Positions 26,962-40,515 are shown, numbered from the stretch's first letter. The stretch is 64,000 nucleotides of DNA from Octopus vulgaris (GCA_951406725.2 OX597817.1:167028001-167092000); one strand, 5' to 3'. A program made the numbers and translations. The notes: generated by a model from the sequence alone, not told the origin.

Positions 26962-27370
26962 AGGTGCAGGAGTGGCTGTGTGGTAAGTAGCTTGCTAACC
27001 AGCCACATGGTTCCGGGTTCAGTCCCACTGCGTGGCACCTTGGGCAAGTGTCTTCTACTATAGCCTCGGGCCGACCAAAGCCTTGTGAGTGGATTTGGTA
27101 GATGGAAACTGAAAGAAGCCCGTCGTATATATGCATGTGTGTGTGTTTGTGTGTCTGTGTTTGTCCCCCTAGCATTGCTTGACAACCGATGCTGGTGTGT
27201 TTATGTCCCCGTTACTTAGCGGTTCGGCAAAATAGACCGATAGAATAAGTACTGGGCTTACAAAAGAATAAGTCCCGGGGTCGAGTCGCTCGATTAAAGG
27301 CGGTGCTCCAGCATGGCCGCAGTCAAATGACTGAAACAAGTAAAAGAATAAAAGAAAAGAAAGAATAAAA
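26962..27370 (+). mobile_element. SINE family A, full length
   Basis: Complete head, body and tail. Confidence 0.92.
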
Positions 27371-28070
27371 TAGTTTCAAAAATGACTTGAAATTTTACTC
27401 ACAGAAAATTTTCCACGGTACAGAATGTGCAGCCTTCTAGTATACACAAGCAGGATTTTCGTAAGAGGAGAGTTACATACGTAGAATCGAGCACATTACT
27501 GAATAATTTTCTCAGTATTTTCCTTTGGTTTCGTTATTGGTGGTTGTATATTCCTAAGAACCTTTAAGAGTAATGAACTTTTGGAAAAGAAATTACTAAG
27601 TTTTTTTTTTTTCTTTAAATTCATTTAATTTTCTTTTTCAAGCTTTTCTGATGAGCTCCGCCTAAGGTTTGATAATTAACCCGTTGTTGCTGATATTGTT
27701 GTTGTTTTTATTGTTGCTGTAGCTGTTTAAGACCACCCCCAACAAGCAAGACCATGGTGTCGCTATAATTTGGTTCGCTTAAGCTGAGTATCACAAAAGA
27801 TCTTCCTAAACATTTAGTCTCGCAACACTTGCTTATAACAATATCATTTAAAGTCAACATTAGATTCGTGCAGCTATAACCTGATTCATACGCAAACATA
27901 CACAGCTAAACACACACACAAACACACACACGCACACACACGCACACACACGCACACACACACGCACGCATGCACACACACACACGCACACACACACATA
28001 AACACACACACATGTGTATGTGTATAAATATATATTTACTCCCTCAAATATTTTACCGATACGCATATGT

Positions 28071-28121
<51 letters not shown>

Positions 28122-28238
28122 TAATAATTAAGGATAACTTCTTAATAAGGAATCTTAACAAGAAATTATCAGGTAGTTAGCATGAAAAACCTCATAAGAG
28201 AAAAATTCTAAAATAATTTTTTTCTTTCGAACATATTA

Positions 28239-28479
28239 ATTTATATTGTAAAGAGGGCATTATTACACATAAATGCCTCACACTAAGAGGGACATAAGTC
28301 ATTACTACCAAAATTTCACTAATCGTACCTAATGCAGTTCTTCAAAAGAATTCATTTTTTAAATGTCTTGCTTTGAAGAACTGCATTAGGTACGATTAGT
28401 GAAATTTTGGTAGTAATGACTTATGTCCCTCTTAGTGTGAGGCATTTATGTGTAATAATGCCCTCTATACAATATAAAT
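28239..28479. repeat. Near-perfect 108-bp hairpin (28239-28346 / 28372-28479, 25-nt loop)
   Basis: Arms are reverse complements with one mismatch. Confidence 0.93.
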
Positions 28480-29149
28480 CATATATATATATATATATAC
28501 ACATACAAACATATATATATATAACACAAAAATGGGACAAGAACGCAAAACATCCAGACAATTAGGTGATACAAAAAAGGGACAACAAAACAACCAGGCA
28601 ATACAACGAAACAAGGACGAGTCATTCGGAGTTTTCAATCCTCAGTCGGATTCCAGATTATCTTTGCTAGACAGACAGACAGATAGATAGATAGATAGAT
28701 ATTTGAATGTGCACATATACATATAAATATAGATATGGTGTGTATGTATATACACACATACATACATACAGGTATACACATATGCATGCATACACACACG
28801 TATACCTATATACATGCATACACTCACACGCACATATACGGATGCATTTACACACACATACTGATATCTCAAAAGTAAATATACAGGCCTTCCTTATGGC
28901 ATTTTGTCTGTGCGAACATTACTACAAAATACAGCGACGACCAAATCTTTCAAAACTGATGACATTTATGCTCTTTTGAGATGCTTGTGTCTCTGTGTGA
29001 TGGGTACATTGTCACCATTTTATAATTTTAATTTCGTGCATATACATTGTTTGTTTATGATTTTGTCGAATACACAGTATAGTGGGATCAGTTGGGCACC
29101 GTCTATGAGAAAAACAGCAGCATGAGGTAATTCACTCTGCCAGAAATTT

Positions 29150-29640
29150 GGAAATGACATGCCGTACTACTTGGCATTCTTGCCGGAAGTTCTAATACGA
29201 ACATTTTAGAGTGTTTGGGTGCCAATCTGAGGACATGTACCGAGAGTGATAAAAATCAAGCAGCCTATCAACATCATGGTGTTTGGAGTGATCACTAGTG
29301 ATGACAACGTTATGTCTCCAGTCATCTTCCCACACAGCCTCAGATCCAACAGGGAAGCCCACATCAAGTGCCTGAAAAGGTAGTGCTGCCTTGGGCCAAG
29401 AGGGTGGCTGCTGGAAAACTCTGTGCCTGGCAAGAGGGCTCTGCACCATGCAACACAAGCAGGAGAACCCAGTCATGGCTGTCAGTCAATCTCTGCGACC
29501 AACAAACTCCTTGAAACACTAGAAATGAATAAAAAAAAGAAGCATTATGGTGGCATTCACCGTTCAGGAGAGTTGCAGCAGATTCCGAAGTCATCTGGAG
29601 GCCGTGGTTGAAGCCAATGGTAATTTGATTGAATAAATTT
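29150..29640 (+). mobile_element. Tc1/mariner-superfamily transposase relic (maT/DD37D-like)
   Basis: Reads IKQPINIMVFGVITSDDNVMSPVIFP and, after a frameshift, VVLPWAKRVAAGK..WQEGSAPCNTSRRTQSWL (compare WQQDSAPCH). Confidence 0.7.
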
Positions 29641-29674
29641 ACTCCTTAGTATTTGAAGCTATTTTTATGTAATT

Positions 29675-30092
29675 TACTCTTTTACTCTTTTACTTGTTTC
29701 AGTCATTTGACTGCGGGCATGCTGGAGCACCGCCTTTAGTCGAGCAAATCGACCTCGGGACTTATTCTTTGTAAGCCCAGCACTTATTCTATCGGTCTCT
29801 TTTGCCGAACCGCTAAGTGACGGGGACGTAAACACACCAGCATCGGTTTTCAGGCAATGCTAGGAGGACAAACACAGACACACAAACACACACACACACA
29901 CACATATATATACACATATACATATATACGACGGGCTTCTTTCAGTTTCCGTCTACCAAATCCACTCACAAGGCATTGGTCGGCCCGGGGCTATAGCAGA
30001 AGACACTTGCCCAAGATGCCACGCAGTGGGATTGAACCCGGAACCATGTGGTTGGTAAGCAAGCTACTTACCACACAGCCACTCCTGCGCCT
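29675..30092 (-). mobile_element. SINE family A, full length
   Basis: Reverse complement of the consensus. Confidence 0.92.
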
Positions 30093-30423
30093 ATATTTGG
30101 GTAAATATATCTGTTAAAATGAGATGTCAGTGTTATTTTCATTTTTGCGGAATTTAGACAATTTATTCACCGCACTCTGTGTATATATGCATATTTATAA
30201 ACACGCCTTCACACACAGACACACACTCACATACAGACATACACATAGATAAATGCATATATGCATGAATACACACATACATACACACACACATGTACAC
30301 CCATAAAATATTCAGAGAGAAATAATTACAAATGCTTCCAATTTTATAATACATGTGCATGCATATATCTGTTTGAATGTGCGTCTCTCTCTCCCTCTTT
30401 CTCCCTCTCTGTCTCTCTCTCTG

Positions 30424-30467
<44 letters not shown>

Positions 30468-30469
<2 letters not shown>

Positions 30470-30648
30470 GAGGCGCAATGACCCAGTGGTTAGGGCAGCG
30501 GTCTCGCGCTTTCGATTCCCAAACCGGGCGTTGTGTGTGTTTATTGAGCGAAAACACCTAAAGCCCCACGAAGCCCCTACAGAGGGTGGTGGTGACCCAT
30601 GTTGTACTCTTTCGCCCCAACTTTCTCTCACTCTTCCTGTTTCTTGAG
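30468..30648 (+). mobile_element. SINE family C, 3'-truncated
   Basis: Head TGGAGGCGCAATGACCCAGTGGTTAGGGCAGCGG. Confidence 0.8.
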
Positions 30649-30649
30649 G

Positions 30650-31721
30650 TATGTCCATTCTTTAGCTAAAACAATTTCCAGTGCTTTAGTGATGATGGTG
30701 GAGGATATCGACTCCTTACTTATTTTTCTAAAATGTTCCGTAAATGTTCAATAATATTGAGATCTGGGAACTGTGGTGGCCAGATAAGATATTCAACTTC
30801 ACTAGAATGTTCCTCGTGACATTCAGTAACAACTTTAGTTGTATGAATTGGTGCATTATGATCCTGAAAGATTGCGTTTCCCGACGGAAACAGTTCCTCA
30901 AACATAGGATCAATTTGATCAGATATGCTTAAATTGTCTTGACTATTAATTCTGCCATGAAGGGAAACCATTGGGCCGGCGGATTTCCAAGATATAGCCA
31001 TCCCTCTCAGATCATCACAGATCATCCTCCATGTTTAACAGTTGGAAGAAATCAGTCTGGGTCAAATGCTTCTTTTGGCTGTCTTCACAGGTATACTCGA
31101 CCGGTGGTCGGAATTAAAGTAAAGAATGACTCGTCAGAGAAAATAACATTCTTCCACTGCTCTAGGGACCAATTCTGTAGGTTTTTACTCCCCTCTAAAC
31201 GCTTTCCAGCGTTTGTTTTTGAAAGTAGGCGTTTTCTGATTGCAGCCCTCCCGTGAAATCCGTCTTTGTGCAGCTCCCGGCGAACAGTTTTATGTGGAAA
31301 TTGAGTTCTCGAGGTAGTCATTAAGCTCTGCAGTAATTTTGGGAGCAGTACTTTTGTGATCATTTCCAATAATTAGCGTAAGAGTCCAACAGTCCCTATC
31401 TGAAAGTTTTGGTTTTCTTCCGGAGTTTTGTTTCGACGAGGAGGTTTTTTCACCCTTTCTCAAAGGCTCTCACTACTTTCGAGATAGTACTTCTTGATAC
31501 ATCTAACATTTTGGCTGTTTTCGTTACGCTAGTACCTACCATACGAGTACCAACAATTTTACCTCTTTGAAAGTCCGATAAATCTGTCATTTTAATGAAT
31601 TTTAATTACCTTTTTCTGATGACATCTGAAAAAAAACCCCAGCAATTTTCGCAAAACATATCAAACCACAAAATTATGATGCTGTGATGCTAGGTGTTTC
31701 CATCATTTTGTCCAACCCCTG
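30650..31721 (-). mobile_element. Tc1-like DDE transposon relic
   Basis: WKNVIFSDES, FQDHNAPIH, WPPQFPDLNIIEHL. One terminus TA-CAGGGGTTGGACAAAATGATGGAAACACC. Frameshifted. Confidence 0.9.
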
Positions 31722-31794
31722 TATATATATGCATGTATGTATATTTATATAAATATTTATACATGTGCGTATATATATATATATATATATATAC

Positions 31795-31960
31795 AGGCGC
31801 AGGAGTGGCTGTGTGGTAAGTATCTTGCTAACCAACCACATGGTTCCGGGTTCAGTCCCACTGCGTGGCATCTTGGGCAAATGTCTTCTGCTATAGCCCC
31901 GGGCCGACCAATGCCTTGTGAGTGGATTTGGTAGACGGAAACTGAAAGAAGCCTGTCGTA

Positions 31961-32007
<47 letters not shown>

Positions 32008-32205
32008 TTGTCACCCTAGCATTGCTTGACAACCGATGCTGGTGTGTTTACGTCCCCGTCACTTAGCGGTTCGGCAAAAAGAGACCGATAGAATAAGCAC
32101 TGGGCTTACAAAAAGAATAAGTCCCGGGGTCAAGTTGCTCGACTAAAGGCGGTGCTCCAGCATGGCCGCAGTCAAATGACTGAAACAAGTAAAAGAGTAA
32201 AGAGA
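31795..32205 (+). mobile_element. SINE family A, full length
   Basis: Consensus match. Confidence 0.92.
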
Positions 32206-32249
32206 GAGATATATACACACACATATCCTCGTATCACACAACTACACCC

Positions 32250-33100
32250 GCACATATACAAACTTGAGCAACATTCCTTGTCTGGTAACCTTAAGTACAT
32301 GCCCAAAGAAGTAGCACGATTCTATCGCAACGTATCATCAGATGAAAGGATGAGCGTATAGGAGAAGAATATGCATGGATATGTTAGTAGAAAGCTCCGT
32401 GGTGAGAGTAAGATTGATCATCAAACCAGTCTATCATGGACCAATAGCAGAATTACTACCTCCCACTTTGAATCGTATGCGTTAACAATCCAGGAACAAG
32501 AAATATCAACCACATACCTGATGCACAAAAGGGACAGAGATGCCGGAAAAGCCGTAAAATGTGACAACCGATGCAGATTTTGTAGAGTTAACACCGAAAA
32601 TATCATCCACATAATAAGCAGGTGTCCGAAAACGTCATCACGGTATTATCTACCAACAAGACATAATACTGTGGAGGCGCAATGGCCCAGTGGTTAGGGC
32701 AGCGGACTCGTAGTCATAGGATCGCGGTTTCGATTCCCAGACCGGGCGTTGTGAGTGTTTATTGAGCGAAAATACCTAAAGCTCCACGAGGCTCCGGCAG
32801 GGGATGGTGGTGATCCCTGCTGTACTTTTTCACCACAACTTTCTCTCACTCTTACTTCCTGTTTCTGTTGTACCTGTGTTTCAAGGGCCGGCCTTGTCAC
32901 TCTCTGTGTCACGCTGAATATCCCCGAGAACTACGTGAAGGGTACACGTGTCTGTGGAGTGCTCAGCCACTTACACGTTAATTTCACGAGCAGGCTGTTC
33001 CGTTGATTCGGATCAACCGGAACCCTCGTCGTCGTAACCGACGGAGTGCTTCCAATACTGTAGCTAGGACACTCTATAATGAAATCTGCAAGAACCCACA
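32250..33100 (+). mobile_element. RLE-type (R4/Dong-like) non-LTR retrotransposon fragment, interrupted by a SINE
   Basis: MHG...IQEQEISTTY...CRFCRVNTENIIHIISRCP...Y..TRHNTV is a CCHC knuckle. The frame resumes after the SINE as ARTLYNEICKN. Confidence 0.8.
32671..33054 (+). mobile_element. SINE family C (tail type 1), TSD AATACTGT
   Basis: Full-length copy with flanking direct repeat. Confidence 0.92.
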
Positions 33101-33394
33101 GTATGGTGGAAGCCATAGCCACTCATAATATATAGTTTAGCCTCAAATGGGAAATAATAAGAAAAGCACAACCTTATAAGAAATAGCAGATATAGGTGCG
33201 AGCTTTGCTCTAGGGAAACATATGAAATTTTTAAGCATATAGATAACGTAAACCTGATGTTAATTTACATCTGTAAACGTCATATGTAAATTAACATAGC
33301 TTTTTTTTTTTTTTGAAGCGCTGAAATGTATTATAGTACAAGCAGAAAGATATATTTTTTCAAATAAAGAAAGAAGAAAGATATATTTTTTCAC

Positions 33395-33728
33395 CGCGTG
33401 GCTCAGTGGTTAGAGCGTCGAGCTTACGATCGTGAGATTGTGAGCTCGATTCCCGGACTGGGCTGCGTGTTGTGTTCTTGAGCAAGACACTTTATCTCAC
33501 GTTGCTCCAGTTCTCTCATCTGTAGAAATGAGTTGCGACATCACAGGTGCTAAGCTGTATCGGCCCCTTTGCCTTTCCCTTGGACAACATCGGTGACGTG
33601 GAGAGGGGAGGCCGATATGCATGGGCGACTGCTGGTCTTCCATAAAAAAACAACCTTGCCCAGACCTGTGCCTCAGAGGGTAACTCTCTAGGTGCAAACC
33701 CATGGTCAGTGTCTGATCGAAGGGGGTC
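33395..33728 (+). mobile_element. SINE family D (tRNA head plus CORE-like domain)
   Basis: GTGGCTCAGTGGTTAGAGCG...TCGATTCCC followed by TGTGTTCTTGAGCAAGACACTTTATCTC (CORE-like). Homologues at 25675-25800, 36397-36560 and 56785-57110. Confidence 0.85.
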
Positions 33729-34142
33729 ACAAAAGTACTGATAGAATCGCATACGTAGGATAAAATCCTTACAGAGCAGAAAAATCTGTCAGTAACCAGA
33801 TTTCAACGCACTCGAGTAAGACCAATAAACTTACATGCCTTTCGTGATACGCACACACATACACATACACACACTCACACAAACACACACACATGCATAC
33901 ATACATACATTTATACATATATTTTGTTTGAACAGAATGTACAAATTATATATTTCTTATAAGGCCTCTAAGGTCAAAGGTGTCATAAACCTGTAAACAT
34001 TAAATGCTGAAGACAAGTTCATGAATATGTTACATTAAGTCATTATGTAAATTAAAATAGTCTCCAGTAATTGTTATCTATCGTTGCAAAAACCTTGTCT
34101 GATTTCGCCTATTTTACTCTTAGTTTTATATCTCTCTTTTCG

Positions 34143-34361
34143 CTTTTACTCTCTTTTACTTGTTTCAGTCATTTGACTGCGGCCATGCTGGAGCACCGCC
34201 TTTAATCGAGCAACTCGACCCCCCGGTACTTATTCTTTTGTAAGCCCAGTAATTATTCTATCGATCTCTTTTGCCGAACCGCTAAGTAACAGGGACATAA
34301 ACACACCAGCATTGGTTGTCAAGCGATGTTGAGGGGGACAAACACAGACACACAAACATAT

Positions 34362-34403
<42 letters not shown>

Positions 34404-34567
34404 GACGGGCTTCTTTTCAGTTTCCGTCTACCAAATCCACCCACAAGGCTTTGGTCAGCCCGAGGCTATAGTAGAAGACACTTGCCCAAGATACCACGCA
34501 GTGGGACTGAACCCGGAACCATGTGGTTGGTAAACAAGCTACTTACCACACAGCCACTCCTGCGCCT
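34143..34567 (-). mobile_element. SINE family A, full length
   Basis: Consensus match. Confidence 0.92.
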
Positions 34568-35101
34568 ATCTATATCAGATAACTTAATAAAGGTATACAT
34601 TCAGCGAATCAAGGCTGTATCAGAATCCGTTTTTTTTTTTTGGCTTTGAACTTGAAATGTACCTTGTTAAAACCAAGGCAACTGAATATATTCTGCTACT
34701 CCCCTCTCAAAAGGGCTCTTCCTCGTGAGATGTTTAAAATGTAGTTCATACGTGTTCATATACGTCACAATTTAATTGCATTTTGTGCATGTGTGTGTGT
34801 GTGTGTGTGTGTGTGTGAGTGTGTGTGTGTGTGTGTGAGTGTGTGTGTGTGTGTGTGCGCGTTTGTGTCTGCGTATAGGTGTATTTGTGCGCCTGTGTAT
34901 ATGTGTATGTGTTTAGGTCGACTTTGCCTTTCATTCTTTCGGGGTCGATAAATAAAGTACCAGTTTCGCACTGGGGTCGATGTAATCGACTTAAACCCTT
35001 TGTCTAACCTTGTTTGTCCCCTCTATGTTTAGCCCCTTGTGGGCAATAAAGAAATATATATGTGTATATGTTTGTGTGTGCGTATAGGTGTATTTGTGTG
35101 C

Positions 35102-35132
<31 letters not shown>

Positions 35133-35189
35133 TATCACGAAAGGCACGTGAGTTAATTGGGCCTCTCGACTGCGTTCTAATCGAACATT

Positions 35190-35573
35190 GTGGAGGCGCA
35201 ATGGCCCAGTGGTTAGGGCAGCAGACTCGCAGTCGTAGGATCGCGGTTTCGATTCCCAGACCGGGCGTTGTGAGTGTTTATTGAGCGAAAACACCTAAAG
35301 CTCCACGAGGCTCCGGCAGGGATGGTGGTGGTCCCTGCTGTACTCTTTCACCACAACTTTCTCTCACTCTTACTTCCTGTTTCTGTTGTACCTGTATTTC
35401 AAAGGGCCGGCCTTGTCACTCTCTGTGTCACGCTGAATATCCCCGAGAACTACGTTTAGGGTACACGTGTCTGTGGAGTGCTCAGCCACTTACACGTTAA
35501 TTTCACGAGCAGGCTGTTCCGTTGATTCGGATCAACCGGAACCCTCGTCGTCGTAACCGACGGAGTGCTTCCA
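35190..35573 (+). mobile_element. SINE family C (tail type 1)
   Basis: Consensus match; flanking TCTAATC(G/A)AACA direct repeat. Confidence 0.92.
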
Positions 35574-36956
35574 CTCTAATCAAACAAGTTAACCGTTCTC
35601 CACAAACTGGTTCAAAGTTCGAATATTGCTGACTTACAGAGCTATGGTCGAACAACTGAAATCACGTGCCAGACAGACACGGCTGCCAGACAAGTCAACC
35701 ACCAATAACTAACAACAATAACATCGAGGAGAACCTGCGAAAGAAAAAAATTCCTTAGCAAAAATGGCCAAACCATCGTTGACATATCTGTACACTGAAA
35801 GCTTTATGCCCATATACAGATTGAATATATTTCTTGCCGCTTCCATACCTAAAGAACCATCTTTTGAATTCATGCAGCATCCAGTGTCTTATATGAACGT
35901 AATCTAAACTCATTTTAAAAGGCAAAATCGATATAAATTTAACAAGTACGATATAAAGTAATCTACAAAGAAAGATAAAAACATTAGAAGGTAAAACATT
36001 AATGCTTGTTTTACCTGTAAATATTTAAAACGTACCTTCAAAGTAATCAAGTTTAAAACTCGACGGGACTTGCTTCCTAACCTAATATTTACTATGCGGT
36101 GTTTTGTTATATACCTTTGTAAGTCCCGAGGTTAAACATATATTTGTCAACCTATTTTTAATTATTCTTATACATAAGGCTAGTATCCTTTTCAGCCCCC
36201 ATATTTAGGTTAGATCTATTTTTAAATTTCTATATTTAGATAATTTATCCATTTCTTTACATTGTTACTTATTGAGGCTTTTTGTTACCAAGATATCTGT
36301 TGAAATACACTGCCTTTGAATCAAATTAATCTTTAAAATAATGAAGGATTAAATAAAATAATCCTGTCCTTATTAAGCTGATGTTTGGAACGTGAAGGCG
36401 CATGGCTTAGTGGTTAGAGCGTCGAGCTTACGATCGTGAGGTTGTGAGCTCGAATCCCGGACCGGGCTGCGTGTTGTGTTTAAACAACCTCGCCCGGACT
36501 TGTGTCTAGGAGGGTAACTTTCTAGGTGCAATCCCATGGTCATTCATGACCGAAGGGGGTCTTAACCCTTAATATTAACACGAAACTTTGATGTAAAAGA
36601 TTTAGTTTAAATCATTGTAAGACTGGAGGATTCTAACATAGAACCAGAAGTGTCCAAAGGAGGGTTGGTATGGAAAAAGTTAAGCTCCAATACTATTTTC
36701 GATTGTCATTTTCTAAGGCAAGAAGTGGTTGATATTAGTACCAGAGTTTGTTACTTTTTTTCATCAGCAGTTGTAATTTACTACGTTATTGTGTCTCCAA
36801 GTATATTTTTTTTTCGCTGCTATAGTATTTTCTCAGTATTCTCATTTTATGTTTTCACTGCACTTCTGCGGGTAGCTGCATGCGTTTTTGGCATGCACAG
36901 TATTTTGTTTTGGCTTTGTATATTCCATTGTATTGCCAGTACTCTATGAATTATAT

Positions 36957-37358
36957 ACTCGTTTTACTCTTTTACTTGTTTCAGTCATTTGACTGCGGCC
37001 ATGCTGGAGCACCGCCTTTAGTCGAGCAAATCGACCCCGGAACTTATTCTTTGTAAGCCCAGTACTTATTCTATCGGTCTCTTTTGCCGAACCGCTAAGT
37101 GACGGGGACGTAAACACACCAGCATCGGTTGTCAGGCAATGCTAGGGGGACAAACACAGACACACAAACACACACACACATACATATATATATATACATA
37201 TATACGACGGGCTTCTTTCAGTTTCTATCTACCAAATCCACTCACAAGGCTTTGGTCGGCCCGAGGCTATAGTAGAAGACACCTGCCGAAGGTGCCACGC
37301 AGTGGGACTGAACCCGGAACCATGTGGTTGGTTAGCAAGCTACTTACCACACAGCCTG
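36957..37358 (-). mobile_element. SINE family A
   Basis: Consensus match. Confidence 0.9.
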
Positions 37359-37871
37359 TAAATTAATGGTATTTACTGTATGTTGTATCTGAATATATGT
37401 GAGTCCTGGGGTTAAAAATATGTATTTGTTTGTCTATTTTTAATTATTCGTATTTATAGGAATAGTATTTTTTAGGTTAGATCTTTTTTCCAGATTCTTA
37501 AATTTGGATAATTTCTCCATTGTTTTATATTTTCATTTACTTGGATTGCTACTTAGGTTATTGCTGCCAAGAAAATTCCTTAACAGCGATATTCGATGAC
37601 ATTAACTTATTCTCCTACTCTGTGATCTCGTATATCCTAAACTACTATCACTTAACCATTAACTGAGGTTCTTTCTTGAATATATTTATAACACATTTTT
37701 GCTATTGGTGAATAATAATTCTGGCAAGTTTATGCAAGTCCAAGCTTTGTCCCGTCCACAGATGTATTCTGTATTGGCTGAAACTGGACAACCATACACA
37801 ATATAGTAAACTATTTCTATCTACCCTCCCAATATTCAGCAGTTACTTAATATATTCAACATAATTTTTTA

Positions 37872-38035
37872 TAGGTGTAGGAGTGGCTGTGTGGTAAATA
37901 GCTTGCTTACGAACTACATGGTTCCGGGTTCACTCCCACTGCGTGGCACCTTGAGCAAATGTCTTCTACTATAGCCTCGGGCCGACCAAACCCTTGTGAG
38001 TGGATTTGGTAGACGGAGACTGAAAGAAGCCCATC

Positions 38036-38082
<47 letters not shown>

Positions 38083-39535
38083 CATGTGTGTGTGTGTGTA
38101 TGTTTGTGTGTCTGTGTTTGTCTCGCCAACATCGCTTGACAACCGATGCTGGTGTGTTTACGTCCCCGTAACTTAGCGGTTCGGCAAAAGAGAACGATGG
38201 AATAATTACTAGGCTTACAAAGAATAAGTCCTGGGTGTCGATTTGCCCGACTAAAGGCGGTTCTCCAGCATGGCCGCAGTCAAATGACTGAAACAAGTAA
38301 AAGAGTAAAAAGAAAGTATGGTTTCTGTGAGAATGATTTGATTCTGTGAGAATGATTTGATTCAAAATGCTTCACATCAATATCTATTTTTGTCGTATTC
38401 TTCAGTTTTCAAGTATTGGCCTTGCATCAGCTTTCCTTGCCATCTGTTGCTCTATTTGCCGTTTCCTTTTTACCCATTACATTATATTTGTTGTTCTTCC
38501 ACCCACCTTTTCTTTTTTCATAACTAGGCGCAGGAGTGGCTGTGTGGTAAGTAGCTTGTTTACCAAACACATGGTTCCGGGTTCAGTCCCACTGCGTGGC
38601 ATCTTGGGCAAGTGTCTTCTGCTATAGCCCCGGGCCGACCAATGCCTTGTGAGTGGATTTGGTAGACGGAAACTGAAAGAAGCCTGTCGTATATATGTAT
38701 ATATATGTATATATGTGTGTACGTGTATGTTTGTGTTTGTCCCCCTAGCATTGCTTGACAACTGATGCTGGTGTGTTTACGTCCCCGTCACTTAGCGGTT
38801 CGGCAAAAGAGACCGATAGAATAAGTACTGGGCTTACAAAGAATAAGTCCCGGGGTCGAGTTGCTCGACTAAAGGCGGTGCTCCAGCATGGCCGCAGTCA
38901 AATGACTGAAACAAGTAAAAGAGTAAAAAGAAAGTATGGTTTCTGTGAGAATGATTTGATTCTGTGCACATTCAAAATGCTTCACATCAATATCTATTTT
39001 TGCCGTATTCAGTTTTCAAGTATTGGCCTTGCATCAGCTTTCCTTGCCATCTGTTGCTCTGTTTGCCGTTTCCTTTTTACCCATTACATTATATTTGTTG
39101 TTCTTCCACCCACCTTTTCTTTTTTCATAACTAGGCGCAGGAGTGGCTGTGTGGTAAGTAGCTTGTTTACCAAACACATGGTTCCGGGTTCAGTCCACTG
39201 CGTGGCATCTTGGGCAAGTGTCTTCTGCTATAGCCTCGGGCCGACCAATGCCTTGTGAGTGGATTTGGTAGACGGAAACTGAAAGAAGCCTGTCGTATAT
39301 ATTTATATATATGTATATATGTGTGTGCGTGTATGTTTGTGTTTGTCCCCCTAGTATTGCTTGACAACTGATGCTGGTGTGTTTACGTCCCTGTCACTTA
39401 GCGGTTCGGCAAAAGAGATCGATAGAATAAGTACTGGGCTTACAAAGAATAAGTCCCGGGGTCGAGTTGCTCGACTAAAGGCGGTGCTCCAGCATGGCCG
39501 CAGTCAAATGACTGAAACAAGTAAAAGATAAAAAG
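37872..39535 (+). repeat. Three SINE A copies with a duplicated ~210-bp spacer (~610-bp tandem duplication)
   Basis: Spacer 38313-38525 is nearly identical to 38930-39132. Confidence 0.9.
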
Positions 39536-39664
39536 ATAAAATATAAGATCTACGATTTCGGTCTCCGCTTTGTATTTCTTGGCTTCCCTTAAACATACTT
39601 AACATGATTCATTTTTTTAATTTCTACATTTTACTCGCATATGAAGCTGTCTGTAATAGAGGAG

Positions 39665-40044
39665 TGGAGGCGCAATGGCCCAGCGGTTAGGGCAGCGGAC
39701 TCGCGGTCCTAGGATCGCGGTTTCGATTCCCAGACCGGGCGTTGTGAGTGTTTATTGAGCGAAAACACCTAAAAGCTCCACGAGGCTCCGGCAGGGGGTG
39801 GTGATCCCTGCTGTACTCTTTCACCACAACTTTCTCTCACTCTTACTTCCTGTTTCTGTTGTACCTGTATTTCAAAGGGCCAGCCTTGTCACTCTCTGTG
39901 TCACGCTGAATATCTCCGAGAACTACGGTAAGGGCATACGTGTCTGTGGAGTGCTCATCCACTTACACGTTAATTTCACGAGCAGGCTGTTCCGTTGATC
40001 GGATCAACCGGAACCCTCGTCGTCGTAACCGACGGAGTGCTTCC
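39665..40044 (+). mobile_element. SINE family C (tail type 1), TSD CTGTAATAGA
   Basis: Consensus match with flanking direct repeat. Confidence 0.92.
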
Positions 40045-40357
40045 CCTGTAATAGAACTCCATCGTTCTCTACTAAATATCTTTGTAATCTTTCAATTAAT
40101 ATTATATAAATTTCTAGTAGCCTCAGGGCCCAACTATTCTGTATTCATGACAAAAACAATTTCCTATATCTGATTTTTGGGTGGTGTATTTTAAATGTAG
40201 TCTTTAGGTTTCTTCTTTTTCCTTCCAGTTTTAGTGAGACCGGATGGAACAGTGCACAATCAACTTCAGTAGGATTTGTACTCAAAACGTAAAGAGATAT
40301 CACTAATGTTGAACTCCGAACGTAAAGACAAAATATGTAAGTAGCATATTAGCATAT

Positions 40358-40442
<85 letters not shown>

Positions 40443-40483
40443 ATAAATAGGTAGATAGATAGATAGATAGATAGACAGACAGG

Positions 40484-40515
<32 letters not shown>

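Noticed and set aside
26816-27185. Recurrent ORFs such as RRASFSFRLPNPLTRLWSARGYSRRHLPK
   Set aside because: Chance open frames in SINE family A copies, not a protein family.
27648-27700. CTGATGAG hammerhead candidate (also 3653 within the LINE)
   Set aside because: No downstream GAAA-helix III-UH; consistent with chance.
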